Shown piece by piece: positions 13,047 to 25,100 of a stretch of DNA of 64,000 nucleotides (within the stretch, counting starts at the first letter, position 1; each line of letters opens with the position of its first letter). The DNA is from Phoronis australis. Lineage: Eukaryota > Animalia > Phoronida. Location: assembly GCA_002633005.1 (NCBI GenBank), contig NMRA01000048.1, positions 874,416 through 938,415 on the forward strand. The letters run 5' to 3'. A program made the position numbers and the translations under genes. The notes beneath the pieces are model-generated. The model was not told the origin of the DNA and made no database searches. It was given only the letters and a program-made list of their open reading frames with translations.

Positions 13047-16000
13047 CTAGCAGTAACTGAGTTGACTAGAATTTTGCATTTTTGGAAGAGTGCTGCATCT
13101 TAAAAGATGCGCCAGGGGGCACACATTGCTGCAATGGGCTTGATCCTTTTTATGCAGTAATGGCGCAAAGGCACAGTCCAGAAATATCCCTGTAAGTATT
13201 TTGACTGTCATCGTTATTAGCTTTCTGCTTCCAGGAATGGAAAACCATTAAAAATTACCTAAGCTTACATTGCACACAAAAGTGACAATAAACCTGCGTT
13301 ACGTTCAAAAAAAGTTTTTGACCAATTACCGCTGTGAAATGCCTCAACTTGTTCATGAGGCAGTTCAGAGCTGGCAGTTTGTCACTGCTCTAGACCGCGC
13401 TTGACGAATACCTTGAGACGCCGTCGTCTTGACAACTCAGCTTGCAGAGCTTTGTCTCAAACAGTAACGAAATGTCACTTCGTTTTCAAGCCCTGCAGAA
13501 ATGTCACTCATTTGTCCAAGGAACAATTTTAGATTAATTTCATAACGGTAAGTGATCTAAATCCAATGTTGTTTTTGTGACCGGAGACAGTTTTATTGTA
13601 GTTTTAGTTGTGTAAACTACAAATTACTAGCTCTTTGTTATCTAGTAGGTAAAGTACCTGAAATACCACTTCGTTCTAGATCCCCAAGCTTGGTTCGAAT
13701 GGAAAGGCTGAGCTTCCAGGAATCGTAAAACAAATGTTTAGTGTAAAATGATTCAAGATTTTTTTGGCTTTACACAATGTTGCGTGTTCATCTTTTTGTC
13801 TAAAAATTCCTGTAAAAGCTCATTTCATTCCTCGTTTGAAATTTAAATTGTAAATTGAAAAGCTGGTAAAGAAAGCATGCCTCAAAACTGTTTACAAATT
13901 ATTAAAAAATACAGATGCTTACCCTGACAAAACTCTTGACACGGCTGGAGTTGAGTGCCACTTGGCAGACAGAAAGGTGTCAGTATGGAACATAGTAGAT
14001 ACTCTAGGTGAATGTGGCATGTTCGTGATATGCCATACGTAGCTTCGTACTCTGGAACATTCTGCAGAAACTCTGCCACTTCTGTCTTTAATAAAGGAAA
14101 GGAGCTTTTTCGATAACTTGTGATATTGAGTATTTCATTTGTACAAATGACGGAAGGTTAGAAGGATACTTAAACCCCGCTTTGGTCTCTTAACATACAT
14201 TAGTAAGGACTTTACATCCAGTTTTCTAAAGCAAAGTAATACTCTATAACCCTCGTCAATCCTCAGAAGTTTGAAAACTCCTTACAAAGTCAGCTCAACG
14301 GCCAAGTTTGAACTACGTTTAAGGCGACTGAGGTACACGACAACTGTAGGTAAAAATCATCCACTAAGAATCATACTATCCTGTATGCATGGAACAGATT
14401 GATTCAGACCACTTTCAGTCATAAGTAGGTCTCAAATTGTTTCTTACTCAAATTAATAAGGATTTCTGTACATGGAAAGAATGGGCAATTGCTTGAAACC
14501 AGACTTAACAATTTGGCTTATCATGGGATTCAGCGCTGAGCATGCTATCAAGTGATAACCCACTGTCAGTTCTTTCCGACCCAGAAGCCCCTTTTCACAT
14601 GAGTAAATAAGTTGCAGCCAGTTAAAGGACAAAATGATCCAGATTAAAAGTTCACTTGGTTAAAGGAACACATGGGTTTGTGGCAGCTTTGATCACTAAA
14701 TTCTAAGTGTAAATCATGAGAACAATAAGAAGCAAATTAGAAATGTGTTTTTTGACTGAGGCAATTCCCAGCCAACACTGAAAGTTCATTCACATACCTG
14801 AGAATCCATCCCAACCATGTTTGGAAAGGAAGTCATGTTGAAACCCAGCGCGCTGCATTCCGCAATGGTAACCTCTTCACATTGGTCACCTAAAAATAAG
14901 ATAAAAAGAGAGGTTGGGACACAAATATAATTGGAAGCCCCAAAACCGCGTTCCGTCAAAGAAGCTCCATTTATCTCATTTACCACTATAAAACTGGTGT
15001 CAACTTGTTCCTTGTTGAGAAGTGGTGTTGCAAAGAACTGACAGTTCGTTATTCCACAACGGATGCTCTGCGAATTGAATGGCGCGCTGTGACAATACCG
15101 GTAGTGCTATTCGTTTTGTCTCGAGCAATAACGAACTGTCATTTTTTCCAAGCCCTGAAATCGCACTTATGTTAAATAAGGAACAATCTGAGACCAATTT
15201 CATAATGGTTAGTGGTCTTAGTCAAAACTTGTGTTGGAAGGCGGGTTTGTAATCGTTTCAAGTTTATATGACCCGTCTTGAAACTTCCAAGGAGCAAGTG
15301 CATACGGTCCGATAAATTCGCATTCACCCCAAAGTGGTATGCGGGTCGAGAGGTTGTACTTGGATGATCGAGCTCCCCCCCCCCCNCCCCCCCCCCCCCA
15401 ACAACGACAACGGTAAAATGCCCACCACTGGTAGTACAATTCGTTTCATCGCTAAAGTCATGGCAGTCCTTCTTATCATCGCACTGCCAATCTTCCCGTA
15501 TACATTCACCACTTCCGCACTTGAACTGGTTGGGCTCACAGTCTGTAAAGAACAACGATATTTCTATGACCATACAAAGTAAATATCTTATTTAGTTTCA
15601 ATTTTGTCTATCACTGTTACTATTTCTCTTATTTTGCATGATGTCATTGGCCAAGTGTTTCACTCTCAAGTGGGGTTCCAACCACGAACTGGTAATAAGA
15701 GATCGCTGATTAATTTACTTCAACAATTCAGATGGAAGTAGAAGAGTTCATCCTTTGGACAGAATCATGTTAAGCCATCAAACATTATGTCAAAGGTAAG
15801 TACCGGTACAATTCGTTTCGTCGCTCATGTCAATGCAGTCTTCTTCATCATCACACTTCCAATCATTCCAAATACATTCTCCACTTCCACACTTGAACTC
15901 GTTGTGATTACAGCCTGAAAGTTATAATGAACTTCATGTAATTCACACTACCACCATTGGCGTCGCCACCGCAGTCACTATTACTATTGTTACTCTCAGC

Positions 16001-19000
16001 ATGGTCTAAATATTTCATTCTCAACACAGGTGGTCAAGTTGCAATATTTCAAAAAGCACCATGTAATTGCATTGTGCATACACATAGTTGTAATAGGATG
16101 GATATTTTTTTTAGAAATATGACATCTGAAGTACTTCTGAGACGTTCCAGCTATGAACTGATGAGAAGAGATCGCTAGTTGGTTTGCTTCAACAATTTAG
16201 ATGAGAATACACCAGGGTCCAGGATTTTATCTCCGGATTCAGACTGGACTAGTACTCAGACTGGACTAGTACTCAGACTGGACTAGTACTCAGACTGGAC
16301 TAGTACTCAGACTGGACTAGTACGCAGACTGGACTAGTACTCAGACTCGAAGTTTGTGAATTTCGAGTCTGATTGTTTAAAAACAGTCAACTGCATGATT
16401 CAAGTGGAAATTTGTAAATTCACTTGAAGTATGACGTGTAATTGGTCAAAGTTTAAGTTGAGTTTTGAAGAATCCGCTTATGCTTCAGATAGAATCTTTC
16501 TAAGAGATTGCAGCATAAGAAGATATACTAAGTTAACTACCGCGGTTAGTTCCTGTAGAACAATTCGCTTCATCGCTCATGTCGGGGCAGTCGACTTCAC
16601 CGTCGCACTGCCAATCCTGGGGTACACACAGTTCATCCTGGCACTTGAAGTGACTGGAAGCACAGCCTGAAAATTAATAAATTTCACGCCATACAGATAA
16701 TCATCATGCCAATTGGTTTATGTTCTCAAGTTATTCTTTATCTAGAGACATTTCTACATAATCGAAAATGTACTTTATTATTTTGTGATTATCATTATTA
16801 TTACTGTATATTGATAACAATATGTTCCCTTAAACTGGCCTCAAGTTGTTCCTTCTCAAGGGACTGTATACCATGAATTAACCAGAAAAGATGGACGTGT
16901 TAATTTGCTTCAACAGATGGAGATAGAGATGCTGAGGTTTATACAAATCACCACTCGTTACCTCGAGATCTTGAGATTGGCAATCATCCATAACTGTGTG
17001 GATATAAATTCAATCAAATACTGGAGTTGAATTACTTAATTGGGACACTGACGTTACGTTTATTGACATCAGTAACAGACAGCAGTCAGCAATCAACAGA
17101 AGTTTTCGTTAATAGGACGTGATGTTATCATTTTAGTCAATGTGTTTAACTGCATTCATCACAAGCATAGGAAGGTTTGCTTTAGTAACACTACTGCCCG
17201 CCGTCGGCTCCAGTTTTACCTCCGTCACTGCCTAGAGTTGCTCCTAGGTCGACAACAGTTTTACATCCGATCTGCTGTTTGATCGCTTGAGAAACCTATA
17301 GCAAGGTTAATATTTCGGGGGGAAAGGTATTAAAATAACTTCCAGAAGCTTTCCCCCGTGATCCCAACGTCATATTCCTCCCTATCGCTAATCTACCCTG
17401 GTAGTCGCTAATTTCGCGCACAACCCTACCTCCCCCCACCCCCCTTGTCATAGGCGTGCAGACATTGCTGTTAAACTCAAACATTGTTGAAGCAGCTATC
17501 AGAAACTTGGCGCCTGTCCCCGTGTCTCCTCCTTTTTACGCCAATGATTTTTCATGATATTTGCACAATCGGGTAATAGAATGGCGCGAAACCCTTGAAC
17601 TTGAAGGAAATTTGAGGCTACGGAAATACTCGAGTTGTTCCGAATAATTTAAATGTGGATACCTGTAGTGCAATTCACTTCATCACTCCAGTCACCGCAG
17701 TCATTATCATTGTCGCACAGCCAGTTCTTCCTAATACATTCCCCATTTCCGCATGTGAACTCGTTGTGACCACAGTCTGAAAATTGTTGTGGACTTCAAT
17801 CACGCTAAATATACACGGTCTCCCAAAAGATGTTCAAAAAAATATAAGAACCACTTGGAAAATAGATTTTTCTAATTCCAAAAATCCCCGAGTGAATTTT
17901 GTAGGGCTAGAAGTTAGATCAAGAAGCACTGATATGCCCCAAAGTACTGACCAGTTTCACGTGAAGTACAAGGAGTCAACAATTTGACCACAAGCGTTAA
18001 CTGCAGAAGTCGGAACTACCTTTAAAACAGCTATGAAAACACCCACCAAATGCTCTATCTACATTTTCGATTTCTGCATTATCTAGGGATGTTGTAAATT
18101 AAAGAGTTTAAAATTACGATGATAAGTATACAAACCATGACCAAGCAAAGCAGGGTTTTTGGACACACAAATTGTTGGGTCACTAGAATGGGGGAAGTCC
18201 GAACAATTGAATGGCCATTGAAATAATCCCTGCGCAAAGTAACCATGACAATCGTGGGTGACTTCTGAAATAACATAAAAAGAGCAGTGATGAGAATTAT
18301 TCGGTAACATGATAAAACTAGTTTGATTTTAAAATATACTGTTACAAAACATCTCACTGCAAAGATTAAAAAATTACGAAACTTCTTTTTACATTTACAC
18401 TAATTTTTCTTCTCAAAATACAAGGTTATAATTTGGACGAATTTTTTTTTCGTCAGTTATTTAATCAGTATACACCTATCACATGTCGCTGGAGATGAAA
18501 GCCGCAAATGCGTTTTAACTGACCTTCGCAAAGCTTTCGACACGGTGGGAGGCGTGTAACAACACCTGATTGTGAAGTGCAGTTCGGTGCCAACACCGAA
18601 CAACCAAACAGATGTAGCCAATCAGAGCACGCGTCAGCTACGTGAATGAAGTGAATCAACTCCACGTCGTACTTTGCCGCATCCTATTGGTGAAATTAAA
18701 CCTTTTTAGAAACAATTTAAGACATAGATCTTGCTGCCGTGGTTATGTCTATATAGGGAAAGGTGGTGACTTATTTATTTTTGTGATGATAGCTGGATAT
18801 TTGTGTAAACTTAAAAGCATCCTACAATTTTCACTGTTACAAATTCATACACGTCCTTAGAGACCAAAGTTCACTTGTAGACAAGTAAAACCCTCTTCAA
18901 TGTCCTCTCAAGAGGTCGCTTCGTACATGTCGAAAGCCCAGCGAATTGTCTGGTTAATACTGCGTTCAGATGTGAAGTTATTGACGAAATGTCCTTCCAA

Positions 19001-19078
19001 GTAATGCTTGTAGAGTTTCACCAATCCTTGGTTATGTGATTTTGCCTTTTTAGTAAAGTTAGACTGGCAAATATTACG

Positions 19079-19141
<63 letters not shown>

Positions 19142-22100
19142 CACCTTTTAAGTGAATGCATTTCAAAAAGGGAAAGGAGTAAAAGCTTCCTCATTTGATT
19201 TACTAATGATACGATACTAAAGTGGTTCAATGTCGTTTTTCTTAATCGAATTGTCTCCACAAAAAGTTGCTAGTCCAAATTGGTACCCAACAGTCAGATC
19301 TTTGATCGTTTTGCAAAATAGAACCAGAAAATATAATCCATGTTTACTAGCTGGACTGCATTGTGACGAATACGTTCGATCTGCTGTAAGTTAACATTTA
19401 TACTCGTCAAGATATATATTTCTTTGGTAAATTACACGAATCAAGATGTAATCAACTTACTTATATTTTTAGGGAAAACGTGACATTCACAACCAAGGAG
19501 TGAGAACTTTTTAGGGAGGCGATGTTACAGTACTTACAAATGGAAAATGTCTTTGCTTCGGAAAGTGTGAGTATGAAAAAATCGCTGGAACATATCCTCT
19601 TTGTGTGCATGTGCGTGTGCGTGTGAGCGTGTGTGTATGTGTGCATGTGCGTGTGTGTGCACGTGTGCATGTGCGTGTGAGTGTGTGTGTACGTGTACAT
19701 GTGCGAGTGAGTGTGTGTGTACGTGTGCGTGTGCGAGTGAGTGTGTGTGTACGTGTGCGTGAGTGTATGTGTACGTGTGCATGTGCGTGTGAGTGTATGT
19801 GCGAGTGCATGTGCGTGTGAGTGTATGAGTACGTGTGCCTGTGCGTGTGAGTGTATGTGTACGTGTGCATGTGCGTGTGTGTATGTGTGCATGTGCGTGT
19901 GAGTGTGTGTGTATGTGTGCATGTGCATGCGGGGGTGTGTGTGCATGTGCGTGTGAGTGTGTGTGTACGTGAGCATGTATGAATCAAGTTAGCCATGCTT
20001 TCCTTCAAATACGTTTGTTTGTTTGTGTTACTAATGGTAACAAAAAGTTAAAATGAAACCTCAACTTGGTAAAAAGTAACAATGAAATGGACAAATTTCC
20101 TTTTGATTAAGATAAAGTACCATGACTACTGCTGTAATTGATTCCTAGGCTCTAACTACTGTCTGCAATGCTCGCTTGGGTTTTATATTTAACCTTTTAT
20201 CGTTTTTCTTCAATTATGCTTTTGAAATGAAAACGGAGATTTTTGAGAAGTTAACTAGTTAAAATCGTTTTAAAGAACTGTTTAACTATTGCCGCCTTTC
20301 TAAGTAAGATCCGCGGACAAAGTACAGTTGCTGAACATGCTCCTATAACAACTTACCTGAGTCCTGTGTCCCAAAAAGTTGGGGAATGTGGTATGATTGT
20401 AGAATTCCTGACACTCCTTGAGTTTCATGACTTCACACTTTCCCGGTGTTGCTAGAAACATGACGTATAGTGAACATTTACAATCAAAACTGCATTTGGC
20501 CATGATTAGATGACTAAAAACGAAAAACGAATTAGGACTTTCACTGTAAATCTGAGACATCGGTCTCATAATATTCCTTAAAGTGATAAGATTATATTAT
20601 CAACGATCATCGAAACTATCAATAGCTTAAGAAAATGAGTTCCTTTGCGTTGACCAACCCTTCGCGAAATCGAAAAGAGCACATGCAGTCATTGTCTGTC
20701 ATGTGACTTGGTAACGGAAATAGAATCATGGCATTATAAGGCATATTATGAGACTGGTTTTATGAGAGTAAATGGCCTAATTTTGATTTTTGTTTTCAGG
20801 CGGCTGTACAGGACGAAATGCAGCTTTAACTTCCTTTTAGAAGCTTTTGAAAGTTCATGTCAGTTGGACTCCATCTATGATAAATGTGTTACTCGGTGTA
20901 AAATGAGCGCATGAAAATGTTAGATGTTAGTTGCAGTATTCAGGATGAAGGCATATTGCCCATTGTTGGTGTCGACGACATTGTGTTACGTAACTCAGGT
21001 GGAAGTGGGACAAAAGAAGATCACTTCCTTAACACCTACTAAGTACTTGCTTTCTGTCAAACAAAGTCATATAACATTGGTCTCAAATTGTCCCTTGCTT
21101 AAGTTAAAGGGGGTTTCTTGGGAAGAACTTGGCGATACTTTGATATTCCTAAAAACACAATACGTTTCTTTCAGCCAATCACGGTTGGTCATTTTGTGTG
21201 CGAAGCTTGGTCTTAGGCTCGGTACTACCGGAAGGTCAGTTCCTTCCCAATCAAATGTCACTTCTGAGTTGAATAAGGAACAAACGGATACCAGTTTCGT
21301 GACAGAAATCAAAATAGTCAAATCCTCCCTTTGACCTGAAACGGCCAATGCGAAGAAGTAACAATTTCAGATTTTTTAGTCGATCGAAAACATGAAAGGG
21401 AAACCTGTGAAGAAGTAAGTCATCTACTTACCAGTAGGTGGCAGTCGGGTGGGAGGCTGCGGTCCGAGGTGGTAACACCCATTTGGCACAGTTTCGTGGA
21501 AGTCAGGCATCTGGGAACAATTGAACTGCGATTGCTCCATATGCCCGGCATGAGCAAACGCACTAGAACAGTTCCAGCGGACTTCTGGAAGTTCACCAAA
21601 CTTGCAACTTATAGGGAAATCAATTTATCATGGTCAGCTTAATTTTGTACTTCTTATTGAACAAATCCTGGTAGAATCTTGAACTTAAGCTTTGGAAGTT
21701 TATCAAAAATGCATTAGTTGTTATTTGATAATGATGAATGTTGATGTGATATCAATCTGGTATCATTACCATCGCAGCGTATCCAAGTATTTTAGGAACC
21801 GAAACAGAGTGCACACGCAATATAGGTTTGGCATGAATGTATTTCAAAATCCTATGTAGTTTTCTTGTCATTTTTTTGAAATTATATCTTAGGTATTGAC
21901 TATAATTAACTTCAACAAACCTTCGCAGAAATGGCGACATGGTAATCTTGGAAATCCGTCCTTCCTACAATGTGGTACGAATTTGGAGCAGAGCATATCA
22001 TTGACGTTCGGAGCGCACTCGAGTAACTCAGTGATGAAACGATGCGAAAACTGTTGACGACTATGAACTTGTGAACGAGGGTCCGAGGAGGTGGTGTTAT

Positions 22101-25100
22101 AGGGCATGTGTTGACACTCAGGAATAACGATGGGATGTCCACACGAATGCCAAAGGGCGCAGCCAGTCCACTCGTCTGCGCCATTACTGCAGTCGTGGGC
22201 GTCATTACACACATCATAAGCCTCAATACATTGCCCGTTACCACAGTCAAACTGGGTAGCACCGTCGCATTGGCAGTTCAGTTCGTCACTTCCATCCGCA
22301 CAGTCTTTTTCGCTGTCACATTTCCATGCCAACTGAGTGCACGTCCCGTCATTGCACCGGAACTGTTGAGTAGTGCAGGTCCAGTTAGAACACGTTGTTT
22401 CTAATTCGTCTGCACCGTTATGGCAGTCGGGCAGTGCATCGCAGACGTCACGTTCACGGATACAATTTCTGTCACCACAGTGGAATTCTCTGTCTCTGCA
22501 TTCTAAGTGAAACAAGATGAAAATCAATAATGCAACACATCTTCTGTACTTGTAATAAAGGTATCTAGCGTCAAACGTGTGTTAAAAAATAACTATTGAA
22601 TACCACGTGCCCGAACCAAGGCACGGGAACTGATTTCTATGATTTTTGTGGTTAAATTCTGACATAGTAGTAAATGAGTTTTCTGTATGCTTGGTCTCTT
22701 ATTGTTCCATAGACAAATTGGTTGGCTGGCAGTGGCGGATTTAGGGGGGCCAAGGGGGCCATGGCCCCCCTAAAATTCTACCAGATCCCATTTGTGAGTT
22801 CGGGTGCGAATTGCTGACTAGCACGTGCGTGCAACCAGGGGGGATTGGGGGATGAATAAACAACGCATAGGCCATGGATAAACCCCGTTTACCGTTTTTT
22901 TTTCTAGTCAACAGGTCCGCAAACCCAAGAATTCGAGACCCCTGCATCTCCAGGCTGGGCGCGCGTATCTGCGAAATGCTGCTTGTTCCTGTGCCCTGGC
23001 GCCCCCCTAACTCAAAATCCTGCATCTGCCCCTGGCTGGGACTTTAGGCCTTCGGAATGGAAAGTTCGTTATTGCTTGAGACCAGGTTCTAGTGCAAGTT
23101 GGCTTGTCACGACTTATCATTTTATGCGTCAAACAATATGGCTCAAAAATAACAAGCTGTCAGTACCTTGCAAACCCATAAATCACTTCCTGTCCGACTA
23201 TGCAACAAGGCGAGACCACTTTTATATAAGTAAATGGACTAAATCAAAATTTTGTTTCTTGTACGGAACAAAGTGTTATGGGTGCTGTAACAAATTATAA
23301 TCTATCTACCAAATGGTGGCTCCGTTGGAAGCGGTGGAAGATCCACACACACGTTCTCGTCTGAAGAATCGGGAAATTGGTCACATCCCCATGGTAACGT
23401 GACTTCAATGCCATCAAGGAACGCCTGGCAACTGTTGATGACTTCTGCAATACACCCGCAACAGTAACAAGAGCAACGCGGGCGTTGAAATGCGCCCACG
23501 AATGCATCGAAAACAGTGTGCTTTTAGGTTTGTTTATTGGTCATAAAAATGGCCACTAGATGGCACAAAAACGTACAATGCATCCGAAAATGGGAACATG
23601 TCATAGCTTCTTTAATAGAGAGCTATTCACCAAATTTCATAGAAATCTGTCACGGAACTTCAGAGAAACAAAGGAAAACAGAATAAAATGAAAACTGCCA
23701 CAAAGGGGCACAGTGTTCATTGGATCCGCCTGAAAGTCATCATTGTCTGTTGTTAGCTTCATATAAATACACTTACTAAATTTAATATTAATAAAGGCCC
23801 AGCATTGGGTTTAGGAGATACTGCTATGGGCGCAAAATAAAACTACCATTGGAGGCGCCAAAGTAGCCAAAGTCATCATCGTCAACCATCCTCTTCACAC
23901 AGAGAACATAAACACCAATTTTCAAAAACACCCTTAGAATGATTTGGTTGATAGAGGAGTGGACGCGAGAAAACGGTCTCGAAAACAGCAAAAATGGCCA
24001 CTAGGTGGCGCAAAATACTTCGATTCCATCCAAAAACGGGAGGATACCGTCATCTCACCAACAGTTGCCTGTATTCAAAATTTTATGAAAATCCGTTGAG
24101 GACCCTTGAAGATACAGAGGTAAACGTAAAATCTAAAACTGCTACCAGGGGGCACACCAGTGGTCAGATCTGTCCGAAAGTCATCGTTGTTCTTTGTCAA
24201 CATCATATAAATACACTTGTTAAATTTAATAAAAGATCCTGCAAACGGCTTAAGAGATACAACCATAAGCGCAAAAAACGATACTGCCACTAGGAGGCGC
24301 CACAGTAGCTGAAGTCATCGGAAAATCATTGTCAGCCGCCCACTTCATGGTAAAAACATACATGCCAATTTTCATAATTATCCTGAAGGCGATTTGGTTG
24401 ATAGAGAGGTGGAGGCCAAAAAACAGTAAAAATCAGTAAAAATGGCCACTCGGTGGCTCAAACTAAGTCGAAGCCATCTGAAAACGGAAAGATAGCGTCA
24501 CCACACTAACAGAAGCCTGTACGCCAATTTTTTTTAAAACAAATTGAGGACCTTTGAAGATACAGAGGTAAAATTGCCACCAGGGGGCACACCAGTAATC
24601 AAATTCGTCCGAAAGTTCGCTCATGCCGTCCCATTCATGAAAGGAACACATGTGCAAAATTTCATGAACATACGTCAAACGGTTTTGGAGTTAGAGCAGC
24701 GGACGCCGGACGGACGGACGGAGATGACGGCATAATGCGTCCACATATAAATATGTGGGCGCATAAAAAATGACATTTGGTCTAACCTAACTATCAATGA
24801 TGAAAAAGAATCCGGTGTAATATTTGCTTCATGATTGCGTTTCTGCGAAAAAATCATTTCTGAGAAAATCTCATCATTGGCCTTTCAAAATTTAATTTTA
24901 GCGATCGTGTCTAAAATAGTGTTTCTTGAAGAAGACGGGTCTAGTAACTAGAATACACATCAAATAAACACAGAAAAATCAGGAACCCCAAACGGAAATC
25001 GAACCACATGTCTATAGATTTTCAGTTTATTGCTTTTACCACTGAGCTACAGAAGACAAAATACAACAAAATTATTTTTTTTCTGTATGGATGTCAAGAA

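Noticed and set aside
17449-17546. CATAGGCGT...ACGCCAATG mini-element similar to the 5-bp-TSD family
   Set aside because: The flanks (CTTGT / ATTTT) do not form a TSD and the similarity is limited to the termini.
19461-20008. His/Thr-rich ORFs resembling histidine-rich glycoproteins
   Set aside because: Translation of a compound GT/CA microsatellite; not needed for the receptor exon chain.
20924-21348. Overlapping 136-aa and 93-aa ORFs
   Set aside because: No domain similarity. The region shares a degenerate non-coding repeat (aaatgtcactt..aaggaacaa..ccagtttc) with ~13490 and ~15150.
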